From NCBI GenBank assembly GCA_024346625.1, contig AP024664.1, forward strand, positions 1,674,001-1,738,000: 64,000 bases of DNA, in the 5' to 3' direction. Position 1 is the first letter of the stretch. Every line of letters begins with the position of its first letter. The position numbers and the translations under genes were made by a program. Under the pieces are notes generated by a model. That model was not told where the DNA came from. It was given only the letters and a program-made list of their open reading frames with translations, and did not search any database. Source of the DNA: Williopsis jadinii (Eukaryota). Of this stretch, positions 1-10,721 are shown piece by piece.

Positions 1-741
1 CTCAACAGCTAACACGATATTTACGAACTTCAACATTGATACGACTTGTATGGCACAACCCGGGGATCGCCATGTAGCCAACAAACCCTTGGACTACTGG
101 ATAGTCCCCGTGATGCTATGTATGATTCACGGATAACCCGATACTGCCTGACCTCTTCAGCTCATATCTCTACGTTAGCCTCACTTGGTCGCAGGACACA
201 CCAAAACAGCAACACTGGTCCCACCAACAAGCTGAATAAGCTGATTATCTTTGACTATACACGTAAAACGATACTTCTCACCAGTTGGCTGTGGTTGAAG
301 CAGGTTAAGCAACGTGCATCATATTACACTCGAAGCACGCCGACAACCAGCCTTTCCACACGCTGTTTCCAAGAACACTGGATGGCTCGAGCTACCAGGT
401 AAAACACTCAATCGTGCACTATCACAGTGAGCACCCACCACTCCTTCTCCAACATGCATTTTCCCCCAGCTGAAAGCTCGCGTTGTATCTCTCGATACAC
501 GCACTGCGTATGTGTTTTGATGCGTTAGAGCGATCCTTCCACCCGTTTTCGGAACGTTCTGAAAATGGAAGTCTTATCGCTTACGTAATCAATCCTTTTC
601 CCTGTCCCTCGCCCGTCTGAGCCCAACACTTTTAACAAAGCGTAGTACTTCCCACCGTTGTAGAGAGGAGATTTGGTAGCAGCAGGCTGTTTATCATCGC
701 TAGAGCGAGACTAGAACCGATCCCACTGTCAGAGAGAGACC

Positions 742-1530
742 ATGGCGTCCAAAGGAGCAACCAAGAGGCTCACCAAGGAGTACAAATCCATGGTTGAGAA
801 CCCGCCGCCTTACATAGAGGCCCATCCATCGGAGCGCAACATCCTTGAATGGCACTATTTGATCACGGGGCCTCCAGACACGCCATATTCAGGTGGCCAA
901 TACCACGGCATGCTTATATTCCCAAAGGACTACCCGTTCAAGCCACCAGAGATCCGTATGATCACGCCTAACGGTCGATTCCAGGTCAACACAAGACTAT
1001 GCCTCAGTATGAGCGATTTCCATCCTGATACATGGCAGCCGGCATGGTCTGTTGCGACGATCCTCACAGGCTTGCTGAGCTTTATGACTGGTGATGAGCC
1101 AACCACCGGAAGCATCGTGACGAGCGCAGATGCAAAGAAGCGTTACGCACAGGTGAGTTTGAACTGGAATGCTACACAGAATGACCGCTTCAAGAAGGAG
1201 TTTCCTGAGATGGTGATCAAAAACTTGGCCAAAGTGAAGGAGCTGAACGATGCCAACGAGCAGAAGAAGAGGGCTGCCGAACTAGAAGCTGCTGCTAAGG
1301 CTTCAGCTGCCACATCCTCGCTGTCAGCCACAGGCTCTGATGGTCAGATGGGAGGTGATGCTGACACAGGACTTTCACAAGAAGAGCTAGCCAAAATGGA
1401 CCCTGAAGACCGTATACGTTACCTCGCTGCTCAAAAGCCCAAGAAGATCAACTCTGGTAGAAATCATGCGATGGTGTACTATGTTCTTGCCATAGCAATT
1501 GTTCTTGGGTTTTTTAGAGTGGTTAGCTGA
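742..1530 (+). CDS. UBC6: ER tail-anchored ubiquitin-conjugating enzyme E2
   Basis: UBC domain (KRLTKEY, WHYLITGPPDTPY, active-site region RLCLSMSDFHP) plus C-terminal hydrophobic anchor. Confidence 0.96.
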   Translation: MASKGATKRLTKEYKSMVENPPPYIEAHPSERNILEWHYLITGPPDTPYSGGQYHGMLIFPKDYPFKPPEIRMITPNGRFQVNTRLCLSMSDFHPDTWQPAWSVATILTGLLSFMTGDEPTTGSIVTSADAKKRYAQVSLNWNATQNDRFKKEFPEMVIKNLAKVKELNDANEQKKRAAELEAAAKASAATSSLSATGSDGQMGGDADTGLSQEELAKMDPEDRIRYLAAQKPKKINSGRNHAMVYYVLAIAIVLGFFRVVS

Positions 1531-1798
1531 TAGTTGATATTGTAACCAACTATATACATATTGGGGGTTTATTGAAAGGTTTTCTTCGCTCTTCTAGTCA
1601 TACGAGAGAAAAGAGAGAGGAGAATACGTTATTATGTGATTCTAATGATTAAATTTATATACACACATTTAAATTATGTTTCTTTGACTTTGTCTTGTAT
1701 ACAATCTTAGTTGTATCTGAATGCCGTACAAGATGGAAAGATTGAGCTATTACTCGATTGTCTATGCCGCAGTTTAGCTGAAGGTGGACTGTAACACT

Positions 1799-3075
1799 TT
1801 AGAACAGCTCCACTTTGAGAACAACCTTACCGTGGGCATGTCCACTTTCAACTTTACGCTTTGCAGCAGCATATTCCTTCCAATCATACGTCGAATCGAT
1901 AACGTTTGTGATCTCACCAGCCTCCAGCATTTCACGTCCAACTTCGATCCAATCACCTGGCTTCTTGTTGAATTCAAGCTTGAGGTACTTCATGTTCCAT
2001 ACTCCTGCAAACCATGATCTGGCACCCATGCTCACGTTGTTCCAGGAGTTGTAAAGATCGGATTTGTAGTTGAAATGGTAATCACCCACCGTGGTGATGT
2101 AACTTCCTCCATTGGCCAAGTACTCCTTGCAATGTTCAACGAGTTTATAGCCACCAACACAATCGAGAATGAGGTCAAACTTCTTACCTGGGATATCACG
2201 GACTTCAATTGGGTTGCCTTGGTCGTCATAGTCTTTATAGACACCAGTTGTGGTCAGCACATCAAGCACGTGTGGCACATCCGGGTTCACTTTGTAATTC
2301 ACACATAACTTAGCACCAACCTGTTTCGCTAACGGGATCGCAGAACCCGAGCACACAGCAACAATGTTCTCGGTGTGATATGACTGCTTCAAGAGTTGGA
2401 TGGCCATCATACCAACACTTGAGGAGCCACCGTTGATCAAAACATTCGAGTCCTTGGAGATTTTACACTTGGCCAATGCCTGGAATGCGGTTCCAAAAGT
2501 GATCATCCACGACGACGCCTCTTCCCATGATAGCCCCTTTGGCTTGTGTACTATTGCATCCTCGGAGGGATAGATCACAATGCTGGAGCACAGTGTGCCA
2601 AAGCTGTTGGGATGGATGTACAAGCCGCAAACCTCGTCTCCTTCTTTCCAATCGCCGGTCACTTTGGAGCCGATGTTGGTGATAACACCAGCGTACTCAC
2701 GGCCAATACCACGCTCGCTGTTCATGTTGGAAGTGTAACTGTTGATGATCTTCAGGTCTAGTGGGTTCAGTGGGGCAGCTCTGACCTGGACAACGATGGC
2801 CCTCGCAGGGATAGGCAGCTTAATAGGCAAGTCATAGGTGAACTGTGGCTCCTTGTACTTTGAATAGAACACAAGCTGCTTCGTAGGAACTGAACACGAA
2901 CGGTTAATACACAATCTCTCACACGTCAAATGGAAAGCACACATTACCTACTGTTCTTGACATGACGGAGAGGACGAGCAACACGCTTCATGTGGACCTC
3001 ATCCGTCTTGATCTCCACAGGTGCGGGAGTATCATTCACCTTGACGAGGTTCTTCAAAGCAGGATCAGAGGACAT
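1799..3075 (-). CDS. AST1: Ast1/Ast2-like MDR-family (zinc-type ADH-like) protein, 2 exons
   Basis: Exon1 3075..2952, intron 2951..2890 (GTAGGT...TATTAAC...TTCAG), exon2 2889..1799. The spliced product reads KRVARPLRHVKN/IPTKQLVF, the Ast1 N-terminal signature. Adjacent to UBC6 and RPS8, as AST2/AST1 are in S. cerevisiae. Confidence 0.88.
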
Positions 3076-3790
3076 GGCTCAACAGGGTGCAAAATGCTAT
3101 CTATAGCAAGTGTTTACAGAACTGATAAGAAAGCAGATGCTTATACGTTTTTTTTTTTCCAACTCGCTCTTTATATAAAAACAACAACATGGACAAAAGC
3201 CAGCGTTAATAGCTGTTGAAATATGGCTCAATTGCAGCCGTTGAGTTTAATCCGATCAGTGCGGAGTTTCTGTTTAGTACCGCTTTTTAAACCTCTCCGA
3301 GCAGGACGGGACAAGGGACAAAAAAAGAAATGGAAAACCTCTGCTATTAAGACGGTGTTCTTTGGGACATAAGTGTTTGAATTGTTCATTTTGAATGGAA
3401 AGGTGGTGATTTACGGGTTGTTTCGTCGTAGTTGAAGCGTACTTGGTGTTTCGAAACAGGGGACTGCAATGGGTCCATGTAGCGACGGGTTTGGTGTCGT
3501 TTGTTCGTGCCTGTCAGCAGCGTGCGCAGGCTCTGTCCAAGCTTGAAGTTTTTAATTGAGTGCGAAATGGGACCCTCGGGCGTGGGCATTGGAATCACAC
3601 ATTTGCAGTGAATGAATGTTGAACAAGTAGAGGAATCGTCGATGCAGTTCTATTCATAGTAGCCGAGCCAGTATTGTAAACGCCAGACGGTAGACCGCAT
3701 TTGCACCACGCTTTCCCTCGAGATGACGCTGCCTCTTATGAGCCATAGTCCGCAAGACTGGTTGAAAGTGTAACCACACGACCGGTAACA

Positions 3791-4012
3791 TCAGCTCTTC
3801 TCCGGCTCTGCGTAGTATTCGTCCAAATCCTCCTCATCAAATATCACCTGGATCATCAGTGAACAGCTCGGACAAACAGCAACGTCCTCGCCATCTTTCA
3901 AGTCATCGATGAACACTTGGAATCTATCACCACATGGACAAGGGTATGTGAAGAGCATGGTCTGGGGATCAAACGTCATATCCTCGATCTCGATCTGGTC
4001 ATAGTACGTCAT
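3791..4012 (-). CDS. KTI11: Diphthamide/Elongator cofactor, CSL zinc finger
   Basis: YDQIEIEDM...YPCPCGDRF...VCPSCSL (Dph3/Kti11). Confidence 0.96.
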   Translation of the reverse strand: MTYYDQIEIEDMTFDPQTMLFTYPCPCGDRFQVFIDDLKDGEDVAVCPSCSLMIQVIFDEEDLDEYYAEPEKS

Positions 4013-4183
4013 GTTGAGAGAAGCTCACAATCTACGCAAATGCAAAGAGATTAACAGCACCAGGCCCCTTGTTGTTGCTGTAGACTCAGAGTGAGTTGCA
4101 TTGGTTCTTTTTTTTCCGTAGTCCTCTCTTCGCCTCCATCGCCGTTTCTTTTCTTTTCTTTTGCACTTCTTTTGACATATTAC

Positions 4184-4243
4184 AGCCCTAAGCAAATAGT
4201 CATCACGTGCTGTGGACTAGGGCTGTGGGGGATGTCCAGGTGT
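4184..4243. promoter_or_regulatory. Tbf1-Cbf1-Tbf1 motif cluster plus imperfect Rap1 site in the KTI11/RPS8 divergent promoter
   Basis: AGCCCTAA 4184-4191, TCACGTG 4203-4209, TAGGGCT 4218-4224, GATGTCCAGGTGT 4231-4243. Confidence 0.6.
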
Positions 4244-4549
4244 AACCTCCCTTACTGAAAAAAAAACAGACACAGAACAAGGGGTGAAAAACACCTGCAC
4301 ACCAGTACTTCGCATGTGTGTCCTCAACCGCCTCAACATCCGAACACCCATACTAATTCAACACCGCGAAGACGCCGCGAATGTCACCGAAAGTTGGTTC
4401 GCGCGCGACTTTCACCGTCGCACTGCTTTTTTCGCTCAGTGCGACTTTCGTTGGCAGCTGGCGTGGGACTCTGTGAAAAAGTTGAAGCTGAGTTTCTACA
4501 TCACTTAAACAACTACCCATAAAATCTTAGAGAACATCGCAACAGAACA

Positions 4550-4820
4550 GTAAGTGAATTTGAGTAACCAGTAAGGGAAGAAGGATAAAGACAGTGCTTC
4601 GGAGGAGTCATCGCAACGTTGTCCAGCCATTGTATCTTTGAACTATCATATTCTTGTTTTTGTTTTTTCTATTCAGAGCTGGATCTGGAGGGTAAAAAGT
4701 TCTTCAGTCACACTCGAGTAGAATTATTTTAACAGGAAAAGCTTTCAAGAAGATCTCACTCACGTCTTTCACCTCCGTGCACACTAACTTGACATTTCAG
4801 TGCTAACAAACAACTTCTAG
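4550..4820 (+). other. 5'UTR spliceosomal intron of RPS8
   Basis: GTAAGT at 4550, branch TGCTAAC 4801-4807, TAG ending 4820 two nt before the ATG. S. cerevisiae RPS8A/B also have 5'UTR introns. Confidence 0.8.
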
Positions 4821-4822
4821 AT

Positions 4823-5428
4823 ATGGGTATTTCCAGAGATTCTCGTCACAAGCGTTCCGCTACTGGTGCTAAGCGCGCTCAATTCAGAAAGAAGAGAAAA
4901 TTCGAGTTGGGTCGTCAAGGTGCTAACACCAAGATTGGTACTAAGCGTATTCACACTGTTAGAACCCGTGGTGGTAACCAAAAGTTCAGAGCTTTGCGTG
5001 TTGAAACCGGTAACTTCTCCTGGGGTTCCGAGGGTGTCACCAGAAAGACCAGAATTGCCGGTGTTGTCTACCATCCATCTAACAACGAGTTGGTTAGAAC
5101 TAACACTTTGACCAAGTCTGCTATCGTTCAAATCGATGCTACTCCATTCAGACAATGGTACGAGACTCACTACGGTCAACAAGTTGGTAAGAAGAGAAAC
5201 CAAAAGTCCGAGGAGGCTGAGGTTTCCAAGTCCAGAAAGGTTGTCAGAAAGTTGGCTTCCAGAGCTGCTGCTTCTAAGATTGAGCACGCTGTCGACTCCC
5301 AATTCGGTGCCGGTAGATTGTACGCTTGTATCTCTTCTAGACCAGGTCAATCCGGTAGAGCTGATGGTTACATCTTGGAAGGTGAGGAGCTGGCTTTCTA
5401 CTTGCGTAGATTGACTGCTAAGAAGTAA
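4823..5428 (+). CDS. RPS8: 40S ribosomal protein S8 (eS8)
   Basis: [32 protein letters not shown]; strong codon bias. Confidence 0.99.
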   Translation: MGISRDSRHKRSATGAKRAQFRKKRKFELGRQGANTKIGTKRIHTVRTRGGNQKFRALRVETGNFSWGSEGVTRKTRIAGVVYHPSNNELVRTNTLTKSAIVQIDATPFRQWYETHYGQQVGKKRNQKSEEAEVSKSRKVVRKLASRAAASKIEHAVDSQFGAGRLYACISSRPGQSGRADGYILEGEELAFYLRRLTAKK

Positions 5429-5793
5429 ACCCGGTGATAGTGTTTAATAGTTTTTCTCATGTTTCATCAATAAAATCATTTACGTTTAATGTTTTGTTCT
5501 TACACTGTAGAATTCTTCAGCGTGCTGGTATACGATAGTGAGGGGACAATGTGGATATTCGTACACGACGGCATGATACACTTGAACAAGGTTGCTATAT
5601 AACGATCTCCAGGTGCCAACTTTGCGCCTTGCAATTGAACTACAGGGAAGGGTACAACTTCTCCCTACAGAGTATTGAATTTGATTCGTGTGTATTACTG
5701 GCCAGCCATATAGACTAAACTATAACAGAGTTAGTATTTCATCACACTATAGTGTCAAAGGAATAGCATTGTTGTTTGAGGAACTGGGCAATA

Positions 5794-5874
5794 CAAATCA
5801 GTAGAGGCAATATTGTTTCTCCGCACTCTCGAAAGTCGGTACAGGTCTGTGTTAATACTTTTCTCATCATAGTA
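5794..5874 (-). ncRNA. SNR56: Box C/D snoRNA, snR56 ortholog (18S Gm1428 guide)
   Basis: Minus strand: box C ATGATGA (5870-5864), guide CACAGACCTGT complementary to 18S ACAGGUCUGUG, D' CCGA, box D CTGA (5801-5798). Convergent with RPS8, as SNR56/RPS8A are in S. cerevisiae. Tbf1 site TTAGGGCT upstream at 6080-6087. Ends approximate. Confidence 0.88.
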
Positions 5875-6279
5875 GACCCAATTCCTCATTCACATGTAAC
5901 CCGCAAAACTTACACTCGAATGAAGCTTAGCCTGCTTACGGAAAAGATGGTATTGAAGACAGAGAAACTCGAAAGATGAACAAAAAATTTTAGTCGTTTA
6001 TAAGCGGGTTCACCGTCCATCGACGCCCGGAAAAAAAATGTGCCGGGGCTTTCGTGGTGTCTGGGTGTTGCCGGAAAAGTTAGGGCTTCATCTCTGTTCA
6101 ATGCCTAAAGCACACAACTAAAGAGATGAACGGTACGCGGTGTTCACAGATGGTATAACAATTTACATGTGTCGTGTAGACAGAGAAATGTGATATTAAT
6201 TAGTTCTAGGTAGAAAACAGAGATAGAGTAAAAAAGTTCGTTAAGAGAGAGGTCGTACGGAGACGTGGTGTGTGTGTTT

Positions 6280-7929
6280 TTAATTAGCGTCTATAGCTCT
6301 CTCAGTGTCATGTTGGATGCTGGAACCTCCAGAGACCCCATCGGCACTCTTGGTTTCTGGGATATTGGAGTCAGACGAAGATGATGACTGAAGAACAACG
6401 TTCTTTAAAGAGTCAGGCTTGTAGAATCTCAAGTCGATTCTACCAACAATGTAGGTAGCGTTGATGATGACTTCAAGTGCACCGAACATGACGTACATGA
6501 CGGTGTGGTCAAAGATCCAAGATTGGTGCTCGTGGTATTGGTCGATGAACGTGGAAACGGTTCTGAAAAGGTTGATAATGAGCAAAAGCACTGTGGTGAA
6601 GGATATGATGAAAATGGAAGAGTTGTGATGCAGACGATGCTCGGATTGGTGCTCCTCGGCGTTATGTGTAGTCTCGTAGTGATACTCTGAAGAGTTGATG
6701 ATTCTGACAGCGTGTCTTTGATCCTCAGTGATGAGTTGTTCCTCTCTCTGGGCAGTACCCTTTGGAACAAAGTAGTTCCACTTGAAGGATTTGATCCAAT
6801 ATGGTTGGTATGTGATGATTTCCTGGTCCTTCTTCGTTGGGGGAATGACAAAGGATAGGAAGACCAAAACAGCAGCAATGACGGAGTAAATTGTGATCAA
6901 GATGGAAGAGGCTTGAATAACCTGTTTAGTCATATTGAAGTGGTGTTCAGAGAGCAAATAAATGGTTTGAACTGCTGCTGCAACAATGGTCATAACGACA
7001 ACACCAACAACCAATGCATAGATCACGTACATGAGAGCCTTGAATACCTTATGGGAACCGTACAATGGATGTTTCCAAGTGAAGTATCTCTGGGCAAGGA
7101 TCAAGTTCAAAGATGGCAAGAAGATAATACACAAGACAAGGAAGATGGTGGCAGTCAATCCCAAGTCCAAGTTTAAGAAGTGTTTAGCCCAGGCCAATCT
7201 CAAGATAAATGACAAAGTTCTCATCAAGGAATAGAAAGCCAGACCGAGAGAGACGAAGAACTTGTGACCAAGAGTATAGTTCTTGATGAACAAACCAGTG
7301 TGGAACATTGTAATGATGGCGAAGATGGAGAGGAACACAGCAGATGGGGCAACGTCAGAGTTCGTTGGGTAGTCACCAAAGATAGCTGGCTGCTTAGCTC
7401 TGACCAAACTTTCCAATCTTGATGGGACTTCCACTCCGGCTGGCATAGATCCTCCAAAGAACCCTTTGATCAGGTCCTTAGCCATAGACATCAATTTCAT
7501 AGAACCGGTACCGTAAGCAGCACCATTGGTCATTATCTTGAAGAGACCGAGCAGTTGAGAGTCGGTGAAGACAGTGGAAACTTTGTTCATGAGCAATGTG
7601 ACCAATGTGGTACCTTGCTCTTCGTAAGCTTGGGCAACTTGTTCATTATCAGCGGCCTTTGCGGCAAGGAACAAGGTTGAAGTGACGTTTTGGAAGCTTG
7701 CAATCATTGTAAGAAGCTGAGCTGGCTTCAAAGAAGTGAGCAATCCGTTAACGACAGTAGAGTTCGAAGCAAGAACACCTTCAACCTGTGTGACATTAAG
7801 TTGTGAGATCACAGCTGGTACATCGACGCTACTCAAGTTGTAACCTGAGGCTTGAAGAGATTCAAGGGTGTTGATGATTTGGGTGGAGTTCATAGACTCC
7901 AAGAGTGCACCAATGGTTTGAGAATCCAT
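6280..7929 (-). CDS. Multi-pass (about 7 TM) fungal membrane protein, DUF3112/RTA1-like, with long N-terminal extension
   Basis: 549-aa ORF. GDYPT..DVAPSAVFLSIF, GHKFF..., MRTLSFILRLAW, NLILAQRYF pattern; several hydrophobic helices. Family assignment is tentative. Confidence 0.7.
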   Translation of the reverse strand: MDSQTIGALLESMNSTQIINTLESLQASGYNLSSVDVPAVISQLNVTQVEGVLASNSTVVNGLLTSLKPAQLLTMIASFQNVTSTLFLAAKAADNEQVAQAYEEQGTTLVTLLMNKVSTVFTDSQLLGLFKIMTNGAAYGTGSMKLMSMAKDLIKGFFGGSMPAGVEVPSRLESLVRAKQPAIFGDYPTNSDVAPSAVFLSIFAIITMFHTGLFIKNYTLGHKFFVSLGLAFYSLMRTLSFILRLAWAKHFLNLDLGLTATIFLVLCIIFLPSLNLILAQRYFTWKHPLYGSHKVFKALMYVIYALVVGVVVMTIVAAAVQTIYLLSEHHFNMTKQVIQASSILITIYSVIAAVLVFLSFVIPPTKKDQEIITYQPYWIKSFKWNYFVPKGTAQREEQLITEDQRHAVRIINSSEYHYETTHNAEEHQSEHRLHHNSSIFIISFTTVLLLIINLFRTVSTFIDQYHEHQSWIFDHTVMYVMFGALEVIINATYIVGRIDLRFYKPDSLKNVVLQSSSSSDSNIPETKSADGVSGGSSIQHDTERAIDAN

Positions 7930-10031
7930 GTTGCCGTATAAAAGTGCAGTCTACGAGCTACATGAGGTGTACTACGAAGAAATTGAATGGAGCGGACCTG
8001 TGACCTTATATAAAGACCTCTACACCAAATTGGAAGATTTCGGTGCCAGTGAAATTAACTGCCTTTGCAGGACAGGCATCGATCACTCGTAAAGCACCAT
8101 AAGTCCTCACAAAGACTCAATGGTCAATGGTTGAGGCCCTCTAGACATACTTCACAGGAAAACTTTTCACCGTCGACGTACTGTAATATGCAAAGTGAAG
8201 CGCATCACCGCATACTTCCATCAACTCCGTGGACGGGTGCATACAGGCCTAACAGGAAAAGAAAGAGAGCCAAACAGGACTAAACAACGTGATACAAACC
8301 ACCTTTACCTACACTAAACTATCGTTTTGGGGCCATTGGTGGTTAGCTGGCTGTTGTTGCATTCCGTCTAACGTGTTTGCTGATCCATTCCTTTGGTGGA
8401 GGGCTCAGTTGTCACCCGATCAGTCTGTTTCTGAAGGAACGTTGGCTGCTGGTGCAACCTTAACAAATTTTGTGCGCAGAGGCCGACAGCACAAGGCGCA
8501 AGCACCACTTAAGCAGAAACCCAGAATTAAATGGGACATGGTAAATTCTATTGGGTAACCTTGGGGGATTTGGGACGACATCCGACGTATCAAATGACCA
8601 TGTCACAAGATACGTGTCCCAGATCGGTAATTTGGAGCAAGGTTTTGCCAAAAGACCACCAAATATTGTACGATCTGACCGCGTTGCTGGGGTGTGCGAG
8701 TAAATCCTACTCCGACAGGCTTGAAATGACTACAATAGGACAATGGCGACAACCGTACACCTCAACCAGCCCAGGGAAGTAAGGGCTCGCTAGTGGGAAT
8801 CCATAGCGCATTGTGCATGGGGTGCTCGAGCCAGTTTCCAAACATACGATTCGCCTTCTTCAACACGTCGCTCGATATCCACACCAGCGATGGCAGACAG
8901 CGATGGCAGACAGCGCTGTTGAGCATCGACGGTGTCTGGAAGAAGAAGTAGCAAACAGCGTCAACGCACGCGTGCTCACAGAATTTACCGAGCGCTTTGG
9001 GCACGGGAAGAAAGAATGAAGCACGAAAAACGTCAGTTAATCGCAGCGGTGTTTTCGTTTTTTTTTTTGTTGAGTGAAAGTGCCTTCCCCAACAAATTCA
9101 GCCGGGTGAATGCGGTCTGGACGTGGCCGTTGACGCTGTTTGCCTCTTTGGATCAGAATTGAGATGAGCAGTAGGAACACACGTCCTCAGAGCTGGCAAT
9201 TGAATGCCGAAATATATCACACACGTATCGTTCTTTCGCATTGTATGCTGTCTTGGTTTTCATGTAAGGATCCTGTGCCACTACTCCTCAACCGTTGGAT
9301 TGCAGCCAAGTTCCACGCTTGAGATCTAAGGTTTCCTCTGGTTGGTGTCCCCATTTCGGAACTCTGTGTGTGTGTGTGTGTCAATTTGGCGGGCCTTTTC
9401 TCCTTGGAATTTTGTGGGGTGAGCGACGTGGTTTAACCGTATGCTTCGGCCTTAGAGGAGACACAAGGGCATGGCTTTTAGAAGGGGTTTTAATTTCACC
9501 AGACGGGTGTTGAGATTTGCCGGATGTGGAAAGAGGGTGTGCCATGGATCAATTGACCTTTCCAACATGGACTGGGTTGTTCGTTTACAGCGGTTTACAA
9601 CGTGGAATGGTTATGTTGGGTACGGTCGGACAGCGTTGAGCTGACGCAGATCTATTCCATCCATGTTACGACACTCTGTTACGGATGGAGAGGTGGCAGC
9701 CACGGGCGTGTGCTTTGTCATCAAGGGTCCAAATCAGAAGCTCAAGTGTGCACCAGCTTGTGTAGAATTTTGGCTAGTTCCACTGAGATTCACAACACCA
9801 GTAGGGTGGGAAATTGTGTGTGTGCATAGTGTAGGATGCACACGTCGTGGCCGCGCCCAATTGTGGGAAGCCTGCTGCTTATGTAATCACTAGCCTGTTA
9901 CCAAACGAGTTCGCGGGCTGCAGACCTTTTGGTACCCGTCATCGAGGCCTTTCGTACCACGGTGGAATGAATCATCAAAGTTCAAACACCAGCGGCTCAA
10001 TCAACCATTGGAGCGGGTGTTTGGTTATCCA

Positions 10032-10697
10032 ATGAGACTGGTTTTCCTACTACAGCTTGTTTCTGTCGGCGTGCTTGGCCATGGGTCCTCTCACGATACG
10101 GATCTTTCTGATAACCCCCCAAAGGGACTGACGTGGGAGCAATGGCACATGAAACAGGAACACGGACTTGATGAGTACAGCTCCGGCGTGTTCTTCCAAT
10201 TACACGACTCCAAAAACAAAGGATACCTTGATGGTAACGATATCCTGAACATATACGGTCTGTTCAGAGATGAGGTTGTGGGTAAGGGTGATGGGCTGGG
10301 TGCGCATGACGACTCCGAGGTGATTGGCGAAGACACTAAGAAGAAGATCATCAAGCAGGTTATGGACTTGGTCGACCCTAACAACGATGGCCGTATATCC
10401 AGAGACGAATACACTGCATTTGCTGAGAAAGGCGGTGAATTTCCTGATTTGAACGTTGGTGTGGGACACCACGGTGACTTTGAACACGAGTACGAGGTTC
10501 ATCATTGGAACAAGTACCATAAAGATAGCGATCCGGACATTAAAGTTGTGCATAAGGAGGATATCGAGCACGAGTTATTACATCATGAACATGAAATTGA
10601 GCATGAACAGCCAGAAGGACAGAGATTGTCAGATGAAAGGTTTGAAGAGAGAATTAACGTACAAAAGATCCCTTCCCAGTTTCTGAAAGTTAAATGA
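10032..10697 (+). CDS. SSP120: Secretory EF-hand protein Ssp120
   Basis: First ATG is 10032 (track start 10008 is TTG). Signal peptide, WHMKQEH, two EF hands (HDSKNKGYLD, DPNNDGRIS), GHHGDFEHEYEVHHW, KIPSQF. Confidence 0.88.
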   Translation: MRLVFLLQLVSVGVLGHGSSHDTDLSDNPPKGLTWEQWHMKQEHGLDEYSSGVFFQLHDSKNKGYLDGNDILNIYGLFRDEVVGKGDGLGAHDDSEVIGEDTKKKIIKQVMDLVDPNNDGRISRDEYTAFAEKGGEFPDLNVGVGHHGDFEHEYEVHHWNKYHKDSDPDIKVVHKEDIEHELLHHEHEIEHEQPEGQRLSDERFEERINVQKIPSQFLKVK

Positions 10698-10721
10698 TGT
10701 GTGGATACGTATGTATAGCTT

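Noticed and set aside
579..589. GCTTACGTAAT shared by the UBC6 and DSC3 (41808) promoters
   Set aside because: The bZIP-type core TTACGTAA is common (also at about 56742); two instances are insufficient to infer a regulon.
1..700. ORFs 46..402 and 319..504, and a possible minus-strand start near position 36
   Set aside because: No recognisable homology or consistent exon model; too little sequence at the window edge.
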